From assembly GCA_028534125.1 (NCBI GenBank), contig CM052838.1, forward strand, positions 64,728,001 to 64,792,000: DNA of 64,000 nt. The letters run 5' to 3'. The position numbers and the translations under genes are program-made. The notes beneath the pieces are model-generated. The model was not told the DNA's origin. It did not search any database and saw only the letters and a list, made by a program, of their open reading frames with translations. Of this stretch, positions 52,098 through 64,000 are shown in pieces (position 1 is the stretch's first letter; every line of letters starts with the position of its first letter). The DNA comes from Lama glama (lineage: Eukaryota).

Positions 52098-54534
52098 GAA
52101 GGCTACTATCTTGATGAGTTTTCAGCCGTCACAGAAGTTAAATTTGTTGTCCCGAGGTCCCCTGCGTAGTCAGGTTCTCCAGTCTACACCTGTCAGAAAA
52201 GACTGAGAGGAAGCAGACACGCACGGAGAAATGAGCGAGCAAAGTGTCAGCATGTGGCTTTTTCTAAAGGTGACACGAAAAATAAGCTGTCACCATTAAA
52301 AAAAAAACCCAAAAACCTGTACTTGGCATTGCCTTCAGAGCATGGACAACACCTGGGAAAGCTGTCCTGCGACGCATCATTTTCCCTCATCCGGTGGAAG
52401 CCTCCCTCCCCCGACTCCAAGGGCACTTGATGGCCTCCTCTGGCCTGGGCGTGAGGGGCGGGCTGTGTGCTGCACCCCACGTTCGACAAGCCCCCCAGGC
52501 CACCGACAGCTTCCACCTCCGGGCGGCCCCAAGCGGCAGGCCTGGGACAGACGCCGGCTGGTGAACAGGGGGGCCTGGAGGCCGCTCCCGGGACAGAAGT
52601 CCCCCTCGGTGCGCTGGCACGGCCCCCTGCCGCTGCTCCCCGCCCGTCTCCCGACGCCCCCCCGGAGCCGCCCTCCCACTCCTCGCCCCCAGCGGCAGCC
52701 GCCCAGCCCAGGGCCCCACCGCGGGTCGCGGTCTGCCTCCACTTCCCTCTTCCCTCCGGCAGTGGGGCCTGGCCCGCCGCCATTTGTATTTAACCAGCAT
52801 CCTGGCTCCTGGACAGTTAGTAAGTCTCTGCCTTCCCTTTAGTCCCAAGGATATTTCGAGCTCCCTCGTGCCCCCCTCAGAGCTCTAACGAACCGCTAGT
52901 CCCACAGGGGCCCGCAGTCGCCGGGGAGGCTCTGACTGCAGGGTGGGGGTACTGGCAGGTTCAGAGTCCCCACATTCTCGTTTCTGTGCCTAGTGACAGC
53001 AGCGTGCCCCGAGGACAAAGGGCTCGCAACTGTTTCTTCACTTTTTGGTCAAAATCAGGCACCAGACACAGCCCTGCTCTAATGGGGCATGAGTGCCAGG
53101 GGCTGGGGGGGAAGAAAGGCTCTGAAGTCAGGGTGCGCCTTGGGCAGTCCGTGACCGTCCAACCCCGCGGCTGAGGCGCCTTGGCTGGGGCGGACTGGCC
53201 CCCGCGGAGCCGCACAGGTGACTACACACAGGGCTGTGGACAGAGGGTCCAAAGGTGGGTGGTGCTGGGACAAGGCCGGGAGCACCTTATGGAGACAGAG
53301 CAGGTGTCAAGTCCCAGAGCCTAGACATCACGTCCTTAACACAACTCTGCCCCAGAAGCCGGGCAGGTGACGGCAGGTGGGGCCAGAGCAGGGAGCCGGG
53401 GCCGGCCGCGGCCAGTGCGAGGCCAGCCGTCCCCTTCCCTCTGCGTGGGTGCCACAGGGAGCCGTGAAGGCAAAAACACGAGGACAGTGACGTGTGCCAC
53501 CGTCGGTGTTGTCAACAGTGCTAACGCACGAGGTTGCATGTGGTACCTTACACAGTGGTTCACACACATCATCAAATGCTTAAACCCATTTTCACACTGA
53601 AGGTCTTTCCCAGGCTGCTGTCTTCTGTGACTGTCATTTCCTAGAAGCAAAGGCATCTCTGGAGGAGCCTGCCGCTCCCCTAGGAGCCTCGTGACGATGC
53701 TAAAATTAAGTGTTAGCGCCTCAGAGCTCAAATATCCTATTTAACCCTTTAGTTCTCTTGCCTCGAGTATTCACGGCTTCAGAGCGTAGAACATCCTCAA
53801 GGCACCTTTTAACATAACCTTCAGTTACACACGAAGAGAAGAGCGCGAATAAATACGTCCATGTTCTAAATGACAACACTGCATTTTATCAGATCGGAAC
53901 ATTAACGCAAAAAGTGAGAAACTCGGTATTAAAGCAAGTGTCACATGAAAGGGAGATTTGAGAAACCTGTGTTTCTGGAGCAGGAATCACAGCTACTGTG
54001 TGACTTCCATTGTCAGCAGTGTCCATCGCCGCGAAGTGAAGGGCGCTGCGCGTCGCAGCCTTCAGGTTGGAAGCGGCTTTTCGGGGGGGATTCTCACCAC
54101 GGGGAGCTTCGGGGCGCAGGCCAAGAAGGGCACAGCTCCCCACACACGCCGCCCCGAGGGAGCTGACGCAGCTGCCCCGAGTTTGGGGAATCTCGCTGCT
54201 CCTGGGTCCGTGTGGTTGAGATGAGCCCTCCGGTTCTCCGGCTGGGACTGGGTCCCCCCCGAACGGTGGAGCCCTCTCCTGGAGGGGAGGCCGTGGTGGG
54301 GCTCAGCTAGGGACCCCTGCTCCCCTCCCCTGGTCTGGGACGCGCAGGAATCGGGGAGGATGGGCGGCAGCCACCGCACCCTGGGGGACCAGACGTGCTG
54401 GGCCCGCACGCAGGCTGGGCTTGGAAGCAGAGCCGGGAGCCTGCGCTCCACTCAGCTGCTTGCTAGGCTGAAGCCTGGGCCCGATCTCTTCTCTCCTTTG
54501 AGTTTCAGTTTTTCTGACCGAATGGAAAACATAA

Positions 54535-54885
54535 TACCCCCGGCTGCCGTAACAAAATACCCTGGACGGGGCGGCTTCACAGCAGACGTTCGTCCTCCAG
54601 GCGGTTCTGGAGGCTGGCCGTCCAGATCAGGGGTCCTGGGGAAGGGTCTGCGTGTGGCAGAGATAGGCTGCCCTGGGCTGCTTCTGCCAAGGGTGCCCCT
54701 CCCAGTACGACAGCCCCACCCTTACATCCTCGTCTAAACCTCATCTCCTCCTACGGGCTCCGCCTCGGCACCCTGACACAGTGAGGCTAGGGCTTCAGCA
54801 AACGGGTCTCCGGGGTGCAGGAACAGTGCCAGCAGCACATGGGAGATTCGGGCTGTGGACAGAGGTGCCGAGTATTCAGCGCTGG
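54535..54885 (-). mobile_element. MLT1-like MaLR LTR remnant
   Basis: ggctgccgtaacaaaatacc...ggcggcttc...ttctggaggctgg...tccagatcagg and ccccaccctt...tctaaacctcatc...tagggcttcagca resemble MLT1 LTRs. Confidence 0.75.
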
Positions 54886-57800
54886 GTGCAGTCGGCCACG
54901 GCGGGTGCTCACGCAACGGGATCCAGCAGTCACCGGGGCAAAATCGTCCTAAACCAGCCTCGTCTCCTGCACAGGGTCTGCCTGCAGCTGAGCAAGCAGA
55001 GAGGACCCCAGATGGGGTGTAGACGCAGGCTGGGCCCTGGGAGTCAGGGACAGGGGGGCTGGGGGGTTCCCTGAGTCCGCAGGTCCAGCTGTCTAATCTG
55101 CAAAACGCAGCCAGTTCCTCTAGCTGTATCTTCTGAAATACTGTGGTAGCAATTACTCTATCATGAAAATTTTAAGGGAAGCATTTGACAGTTCTTTGCA
55201 AATACGATAGGAAAGACCATTCATTCTTCCCAAAGCATCATCGCCCATGTTAAGATGTAGCTGCAAATCAGGACACAGGTGTCAAAGCCACCCTGACGCA
55301 CAGTGAATCTCAGTGCATCTGTGTTGCCGTGTGTGTGCGTTTCCAGGCTTTCAACCAAGCCAAGCTCCTAAATTCTAGATCCTCTGCCAGGCCCCTGAGT
55401 CTCCCATGTGAGTGGACACAGGGAGAAGGGCCTGAAGAATTTTCTCATGCCTCTTAAAAAAGTTCATCCTGCCCTGTCGTCATGTAGAAGCGAGGAGGGC
55501 ACCAGGGAGGGCGCCTCAGCACAAAGACAGCCAGGTCCTGGGAGCTTCGTTGGACGGCTTCCTGTCCCCGGCATCCAGCGGGAGGCACCAGGAGGGCCTC
55601 CCTACGCATAGGATGCAAGAGGGACAAACGCCTCTTTTTAAAATTCTCTTAGGTATAAATCAAGATTTGTAATAAATTTGTCTGAACCTAACCCATTTGC
55701 ATAATTGAAACGAACAGATACCTACAAGGATGTACACCCGATGCTCAGAAGTGCCCTCGCGTTTCTTCTAAGTCTGCAGCAGTGAAAGAAGAGGTGATTT
55801 CCGGAGAACTGTGCAGACCGCTGCGTGTTGATGGCGGTGGGCCTTGGATTTATATGCCCGCCGCTTAGCGTCTGCAGGCGGGTTGTTCTCCAAAGAGCTC
55901 GTATTGAGTCCGCGCTGACTTTTGCAGACTAATCTATATGAAAATGCAGCCCTCGCCTAGCTGATTTATTTTCACATTTAGATGTAGTAAAATTAATAGT
56001 GCAGTTCTCATCTCGGTTGATGAAATTAACTCAGACCCTTTGTTCTTTTTTCTTTCCCTTTCTTTTCTTGCGCCAGCTTCTTCCAGTTATTGTCTTTATT
56101 TTCAGAAGGGAAGTTACTCCAGTCATTTGATACAAATGGCTTTAATTAGTTTAAGGCAAACATAACCTTTAACAAACAACACAGGCAGGGGACTGCTGGG
56201 CTGCGTGCCACGGGAGGAAAACCCGGGCCGTGCTCACCAGTTGACTTGCCACGGCAGCTGCTCAGTCCGATCTGGTTCGGCGTCAGAATAAACCACCCAT
56301 CACCTAGAAGAATGACTCCTCTGCCGAGGCCATCAAACCGCCAGCACGTCCCCCCACACATGTATTTGTATCACGAGGGCCGGTGCACTGAGTCATGGGG
56401 AGGGGGGCTGCCAGGTCTGTCTGTCCACCTGCTCCATCCCACGCAAGGCAGGTTGCTCTGGCTGCGAGCAGAGTAGTTTCAAAGGAGCTTGCCTTCTTAA
56501 TAACTGTCTCTTTTAAAGGTATTAAAAATCAGAAACAGTCAACGCTGCGCTCACTGTGGAGCAGCCGGTAGAAAGAGCGCCGGAATTTCGGGAATAGTCA
56601 AGTGAAGCTTCTTACCTAGGTGTACCCTTCCCAGTTCTGTCGGGCTCGTCACCGTATGTGCCAGCCCTCCGCCACTAGGTTCCGAGTTTCTGGTCCGTAC
56701 ACCAGCACTCCTGCTGTAAATCGGACCTTGGACCCCCCACGCCCTCAATGGCCCCTCGTCCTCCGCAGGTCCAGGATGGAACCCAGTCCATCCCCTCCTC
56801 ATCACGTCCTGTCTTCTAGGACTTCTGCTCTGAACCCCACCCCAGAACAAGCACAGGATGCTATTTCACGTCCCTGCCGTGTCTGGAGCAACTTCCCAGG
56901 CCTCCCGCCAGGTGGGCTCAGGGCCCACCCGCTCTGGGACGCTGCCCGTGGCTCCCCACGTGCAGGAGAGCACCCCTGCTCTGCCCTCCACTCTGTACTC
57001 GTCTCATCTCTTTTCAGACCATGCTTAGTCATCAGCTGAAGCACCTCTCCTTCGTGGAAGATAAACTCACTAAGGGAGGGGCCGTGTCTTGGGCAGTCTT
57101 GTCTGCCGCGCCCCTGCGCAGGCACCTGTGTTCCGCGGGGGTCAGCCAACCCCGTCCACCAAGGTGACCCCTACACCTGACCCTTGCTGCTCTCTGCACC
57201 TGGCTGGGCTGCGCGGTGGGCTTTTCCAACCCCCCACGCTCCCTGGGTTTGTGACTTTGCTGGAAGTTTCAGTGTCCTGGAATTTGCCTCCCTTTCTGCC
57301 TGACAAAGGAGAGCGTGCCGCCTTCCGCACCTGCCAAGCCTGCACTGGAAGTGGCGCCCGAGCAAAGACTGCACGTCCTTCTGTGTGTCAGCACACGTTA
57401 CACACATTCCTGCTCATGCGTGTCACATTTACATGACCCATTTTCTGAAAACAGAAACCAAGCCTTTTAATCTTTTAATCGACTTGAAATCAACTGTGTG
57501 ATTGACACAAAACAGACGCTTAGGAAGTGTGGAACGGCTGACTAGCTGTACACAGGGGACGGGGAGAGACGAGGGGGCTTGTCCATCTCTTGTCAAACCA
57601 AGAGAAACAAATCAGCAAATAAACAAGACACAAGATCTGGCCAAGGCCGCTGGTGGGGGGGGGGGTCTCCGTCCCTGAGCAAAGACCCCCACGCCAGTCG
57701 CCGAAGGATCCTACTACCACAGGGCCGGCCCCCAGCCACGCACGTTTCCAGACGCTCCGCATGGAAACGCAGGAATCGCAGCTGGAACTCGCTTCTCTAC

Positions 57801-58229
57801 TGGCTGAGCCTACAGTGTGGACGGGCAGCCCGGGACCGCCGGGCACCTGAGCGCGTCTGCAGCACGAACAGCCAGGTCGGCCATCAGCACAGCTCAGGCC
57901 CACGTGGTGCGCCTCCCGGAGCAGAGAGGGAAGGTCAACGCGTCCCGACGGGGGCCACTCATGCTCCCGTGGTGTCTCAGAGGGATTCAGGAGGGCACTC
58001 TGTCCGTGAAACAGGAACAGAATGCTCTAAAAATAACAATCAGGAAACGGGAATAAACTCTAGGAAACTATATATAATCCTATTATATTTATATATACTT
58101 ACATTTTTATTTCCCAAAGAGGTCTTTCTTACTCTCTTTTATTTATGCTATCTTTTAATTTAATTTATGTGTCCTCATATAGAAGTAGGTATATGTCATC
58201 CCAATAGAGAGAATGAGTGGAGATTTGAA

Positions 58230-59372
58230 AGAAAATACAAGGCAACACCCCCGACTGAAGAAGAAGGTGATAAAGACCTTAGGGGAGGGAGGCATGAACT
58301 TGGGCTCGGCAATGGGTTCTTAGATACGGCACCAGAAGTGGGAGCAACCAAAGAGACAGACAGAGCAACTGCACTTTACCAAACCTGAAAGCTCTTCTTC
58401 ATCAACGGGCGATACCAAGAAGGTGAAAAGGATGACTTGCAGAACGGCAGGAAATATTTCCAAACCGCGGGTCTGATAAAGGCTTTGTAGCCAAAAGTAT
58501 GTAAGACGCTCTTACAACTTAACAAGGAAAAGACAATCCGGTTAAAACATCAGTGAAAACTTGACGAGCTGTTTCTCCAGAAATGATACACAGACGGCCC
58601 CCTCGCACATGGAGAGAGGTTCTGCGTCACTAGTCGCTAGGGAGATGCAAACCCAAAGCACCACTGGAGACCACGTCACACCCACTAGAATGCAACAACT
58701 AAAAAAAAAAAAAAGGAAAATAATGTTGGTGAGGATCTGGAGAAATTGGAAGCTTAGAACATCCTAGTGGGAATGCAGGTTGGTGTAGCTGCTGAGGAAA
58801 ACAGGGTGGTGGTTCCTCAAAGCCTTAAGCACAAAATCAACATAAGACATAATAATTCCACTCCTAGTCATGTAATCAAAAAATTGAAAACAGGTACTCA
58901 GCAGATGCTTACAGACCAGTGCACACAGCAGCACGAGCCACAGCAGCCAAGGGGTGGGAACGACACAAGACGCTATCAGCGGGAGGTTGGGTAAACAAGA
59001 CATGGTCTATCCATACAGTGGGATGTTCTCCAGCCACAAACAGCAGTGAAGTCCTGGCACCTGCTGCAACGTGGACGCACCTTAAACCGTGTGCAAGTGA
59101 CAGTAGCCGGGCACAAGGTCACCTTTCCTGATTTCATTTATATGGAATTTCCAGATTAGGACAGAGCACAGACGGGTGGCTTTGGGGCTGGGGGATGGTG
59201 AGGGGTGCAGAATAACTGACTAGTGGACGAGAGTCTTCTTTTCTGGTGGTAAAAATGTTTTGAAATTAGAAGGGGCAGCTACCCATCCTTGTGAAGACAC
59301 CAAACACCACTGAATTGTTCACTTTAAAATCACTGATTTTATGTCCTATAAATTTTGCTTTGATCAAAAAGA
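58230..59372 (+). mobile_element. LINE-1 (L1MB-like) 3' fragment
   Basis: ggcaatgggttcttagatacggcacca..., agggagatgcaaacccaaagcacc..., acatggtctatccatacagtgg..., caccactgaattgttcactttaaaat plus an A-rich end. Confidence 0.9.
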
Positions 59373-62300
59373 GAGAAAAAGTAGGAAACAGAGAGAGAGA
59401 AATAATTTAGGAAGCTGAACATCGAATTAACGGAAGAACCAGAAAGAGAACAGAGAATGCTGGGGGAGGATTTCTGACGGCTCCGGAGACCAGGCTTCAG
59501 GTTTACTGGCAACGGAGTGACACCTGGACCCGTCGAAGTGAGATTTTGGAGCACTGGTGATAAGCATCGATCTAGAACATTCCAGAAAGGAAAAGAGAAC
59601 TGATCTCCCCGAACCTTCCTAAGGGTTTAGACAGGCTGCAGGTGGCTGTGGGCTGGAAGTGGTCAGCAGGAAGACCCCCGTCCTTGGGCACCCGGTGTGT
59701 GGTCAGGCGGAAGGGCTGCGGCACGGAAGCTCCGGACTCGGGCGCACCTCTGCTCCGGGCGCTGCACGCACACTGAGATGCCGCCAGCGTCCTTGGTGCT
59801 CATTGGCTGGCTTTTGCCTTTGCTCACATGTCTCACAGGGACAAAGATAACGCCTTCATCGTCCCCACAGGATGGCTGTTAGAACAACGCTGGGCGATGC
59901 TTATTCGAGACTCTTCGAAGAGTCGGAAGCGGGGACGGGAGCCGAACCTCAGGGAGCTGCCACCGGCCACCAGATCTGTAACCCACACCACCAGCCCGCA
60001 GGCCAGCAGCCCTCTACCCTGCGGAGTCCTCTCCCTCCCAGCCCCGCCCTCGCTCCCCGCCGACACACAGCCCTGGCCCTTGTGACCAGAGGCAAGCCCC
60101 CAGAGGCGACACACACAGCGACTCCAAGGGTAACGGAGAAGCCCAGGCTGCAAGCTGGATGAAGGACTGAGACTTTGACACCAAAGACAGTGACCATGGT
60201 GACGGCGGGCACATAGATCAAGTTTACTGTCACTGCCCATCCCTCCCATCTCTAGGGCGGGAGGGCCTGCTGAAGGAAGGAGTGATTCACGGAGTAGCAG
60301 ATATTTGCTGGGGTGACTTGACCTTCAAGGCAGGGTCCCAGATCACCCACAGCTGTCCTGGACCCCCACATTGTCCAGAACATCACAATGGATGTCCAAG
60401 CGGTCCAACAGGGGGCACCCCACCTGGCACTCTGCTCTGCTGCTACTGAACCTGCTGGCCTCATTCATCACTGACCCCGTCCCCACCCACCCGTCCCTCC
60501 CTGTGCTCGTGAGGAGGGCAGGTTCGGAAGCGGGTGGCCGCGAACCTCTCCTGCAGCTGATCCTGAGGTATCTGCCCCTGTGGCTGACCAGGGTCTCCCT
60601 GGTACTCCCCGGGGTCTTCAACTTCCCAACTTCCCACCGGCCCCCTCACTATCCATCACCCGCAAACCTGCGCTGAATGGGGGTGCCTGGGCCGCTCAGC
60701 TCTCCCGGGGAGCTCTCACGCCGGCCGGCGCTGCCCTCCCTGCCAGCACTCCTTCCCCTGCTTTGGGGCCCTGAGGGTGAACAGGTCAAAAGAAGGAAAG
60801 AATAAGAGGGTGTCCCGACGGAGCCTGCAGGGTCCACATGGACCCCCACGCCATCCCAGTCAGCCTCCCGCCTCCTGGACGGGAAGGGACTGGTGCGGAG
60901 GCAGGCTGAACACGCACTCTGCATCTAAGGTGCTCTTCCCTCCTGAAAGGCAGCCTCTCCTCCGCCGAGCCCCCCGCATGCTCCGCACCGGGAGGCCGAA
61001 GTCACCGCCACCGCCTGCCTGGGTTCAATTAGAGCCGGGAGCACCCGGCCTCTGACAAGAAGACGGAGGGCTCTGCCGTCACGGCGGTTAATTGGGGTGT
61101 TATTTACGTGTTTTGAATGCTTGTGAAGTTCCCGGGCTGTTTCTGATGCAATTAGCTCCACTGATGGCCAGGTTTATGAGTTGAAATGCTGGTAATCAAA
61201 GAGCCGCCCGACACGACAGAACACAGTGAGCACGGGCCTGCTCTGCTGGTCTCCGTGCAGAACACCGAGAAAATGGGTTTCAGAGTTTCTCCAGGGAGAT
61301 GAAAGCTCCCTCTCGCCGGCACAAGTGCTTCCTCCACTTTGGAAAGACACAGGCTACAGCCGGAGAGACGCGAACTTCTGAAAGAAGAGGCGAATACACA
61401 CAAAAACAGGTCTGCCTGTAGGCAGCCCAGCACCTAATCAGCAGCGCCAAAACAGCTGAGTTTCTCCATTTCATTACTCCTACGTTCAGCAACGGGCACA
61501 TGATTAACATGCATCCAGGACAATTATTATAGAAGAACTCTAACGACCTCTCACACAAATGCTTCAATAGCTTTGACTTTGGACTGTTTTTGCACATGTA
61601 AGTGCGATGTAATTGTGTATTTTTTAAGAAAATCAATTTGAACTTTTACGGATGTAACACTGTATCTCTGAGATTCAGGAGAGCAAAGCACACACGGGCC
61701 TTTCTAACGGATTGCGCTGTCCATCGCAAGGGCGGGCCATGTCTGTTTAACCTCCCGTGGGGATGGATGAGACGTTTTTCCTAGCCCTTTGGTGTAACAA
61801 GTCTTACTGCCACGTTCAGCCCTGCACACACCGACTTGGCATCTCAGGGACTTTCCTGAAGGTCAGTCTCGTGAGGGAGCAGCTGGGTTAGAGGCTGCAC
61901 GTAACTGTGACTTTGGTAAGGACGCCAAATGGACCACCTCATCTTTAGCCCATCTGGAGGGAGGGGCTCTGCACCCTGGCCTCACGATGAGGCCTCCTTA
62001 CCTGTGCCAACGGCAGGGCAGGAGAAGATGCCAGCCTGAGTAGAGGTTCACTTACCTCCTGCTCTTCCATTAAAACATAAACACTGAGAACTTACTGGGT
62101 CCCCGGCACCGCTCTTGGCCCTGCAGGAGGCAGCCTGGCCCGGGCGGTACGCAGCGGACACACTGAACCGGCGGATGAAGCTAGTCTCCCTGGCCACTGG
62201 CTGCGCCCCGTTTTGTTAGCCCCACTGGGGTGCCAGTAGGTGAAGAGCCCCATTCACGGAACTTACACTGCAGAGGACAAAGTCACAAGGTAAAATGAAT

Positions 62301-64000
62301 GGATGAAGCGCTAATGGATACATGAAACCGATATGGCGTTCAGAATACAGTGTAAATTAGTAACAAACAAAGCAAACCCATGGCCGGGCCCTGGGCGGAG
62401 GCCGGGACGCAGGGGCTCCCGGTTGGCCCCCCACGGCAGCTCCCGCTTGGAGACACCGCCTGCCTCCGGCAGCCGCGGGTCCTGGGAGCTGCGTGTTGGA
62501 GAAGGCAACTCCCTCGCTGTGAGCACCCCCGTCACCGCGGACAGAGGGCTGACCTCTCCCCGGAGGCAGGACACCCGCAGGCTCGGTGCCGTCTGGACAC
62601 TGGTCGGAGCGCCTCTGGCCGCCACTCCTCAAAGCCTCGACGATCACTGTCCTCCTTGGACCTGAGACAGGGCCCAGCCTCGCGGCCTCTGTGCAAGCAC
62701 TGCCGTGTCGCGGAGAAGGCAGAGGGGCAGGTCCACCCCAGGAGAAGAGCAGGCAGGACGCTGGAGGCGCGGTCAGGGCGCTGCTGTGGTTGGGGCTCCC
62801 ACGCCTGAGGCTGGGGTGTTCCCTGAAGACAGCCCGGCTGTGCAGGGGGCGCCTCCACTCTTCCAGCTCCGCAGGTCCACTTCCTGAAGGTCACTGTGAA
62901 CACGGCCCGAGTGTCCACCAGTGCAGACTTAGAGCCAGGGCAGGAGGGGCCGTGGGTGCAGGGGACCGTCTTCCCGCCCCTCGGGGACACTGCCAGGGTC
63001 TCAGCTTTTCTGCGGCCAGAGCGGATTCATGGTGCCTGGCCAGGCTGGCTGGGACGCCAACACCAAGCAATTTATTAGAGATAATAAACAATCTAAAGAC
63101 AAAAACCAATGACCTCTACTACTGTCAAGTAGCAGCCATTCACCCTCTAGTATAAGTGGGAGGATTTGTATTCTTGATACCAGAGATACCAAGACAAGAA
63201 GAGGAACTTTGTAGAGAAGGAGGTACTTAGGAAGGGCTCTGACTTGGCCCCAAAGGGAGGCAGAATGAGGAAACTGGGCATCGGGACAGCAGAGGAGCTG
63301 GGGGCTGCTCCAGAGAAGCAGGAAGGCAGGAGAAGCTGCCAAAGGGAAGTAGAGCCCGGCTGGGAGACACCCCCCACGGCCTCCCCTTTCTGCATGCAGC
63401 GTTTCCATAGGCCCTCAGCATCAGGGACCAGGGCTGTCATCACAGCTTTCACTGGGGACCCAACCCTGTCCCCTCCTCCTGAGCATCACCAAAGGGTCCC
63501 ATTGTCCCTCCATTTCTTCTGACACAAACTGCAGAAAGCTTGCAAAGGAACAAAGTGCAAAACGAAGCAAAAAGGAAACTACCCATCATCCTGTATTAGG
63601 AGAGAATTACTAAACCCTAGTGAATATTTTGTTTCCATTCTATTCTTTACTGATAAACACGTCGGCCCCGCTGAGACGACTGAGGGTGGTGAGTTCGTGT
63701 GGATGTCTGCCAGGGATTCTGCAAGCTGCGGGCCCTCATGAGGAAAAATAATATAAAATTACAAAAAAAAAATTAGATGCAGACATGAATCTTTACTTAG
63801 AATGATGGAAGATATATATATATAGGTCAGCAAATCCAGAAAGATAACATAATATTTACGTCCACTGCCTTTCAGATTTCTGAAATTCTTTTTGCTCCTA
63901 CATGTCCAGGCTGTATCCTTGTCAAAAGCTTCTTTGTATGATAATTTCGTGGCGTCACCGCGTCACTCTGCAGCGGAACAGCAATGCGCTTCTGTTTCCT

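Larger units (their letters stand above)
2715..64000 (-). other. TCERG1L: TCERG1L gene body, 3' part (from a large upstream intron through the last exon and 3' UTR); the 5' exons lie beyond the right edge of the window
   Basis: Seven minus-strand exons in the correct order with GT-AG sites. The spliced peptide matches the recalled TCERG1L C-terminal half, ending ...[15 protein letters not shown]. Confidence 0.96.

Noticed and set aside
59909-59924. Perfect 16-bp palindrome gactcttcgaagagtc
   Set aside because: About one is expected by chance in 64 kb (64000/4^8), and there is no supporting context.
1-64000. Prokaryote-type systems (CRISPR arrays, operons, defence loci) or horizontally acquired genes
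   Set aside because: No repeat-spacer arrays or gene-dense segments were seen. The content is explained by a spliced mammalian gene and mammalian repeats.

Overview
Mammalian genomic DNA, very GC-rich and CpG-rich. A tRNA-derived SINE suggests a camelid. The window holds the 3' half of TCERG1L (transcription elongation regulator 1-like; WW + FF domain protein) on the minus strand. Seven coding exons can be placed to the base with GT-AG boundaries: 43729-43820, 40316-40404, 33155-33224, 22281-22419, 11299-11388, 7416-7534 and 3405-3561. These correspond to human exons 5, 6, 8, 9, 10, 11 and 12 (numbering from memory). A 3' UTR follows, with AATAAA at 2738-2743. The exon encoding the core of the WW domain (human exon 7) is not in the readable sequence; reading-frame arithmetic requires it, and it most probably lies in the 500-N gap at 39719-40218. 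Positions 43821-64000 are part of a large upstream intron. The rest is intronic or intergenic sequence with L1 fragments, MER20, MER44/Tigger, MIR, an MLT1-like LTR, a solo ERV1-type LTR, simple repeats and several AT-rich islands that look like conserved regulatory elements. Nearly all ORFs in the supplied track are GC-content artefacts. I find no supportable evidence for a wholly new biological system; the findings are testable hypotheses about this locus. Repeat-family names and human comparisons are from recalled sequences, not searches.
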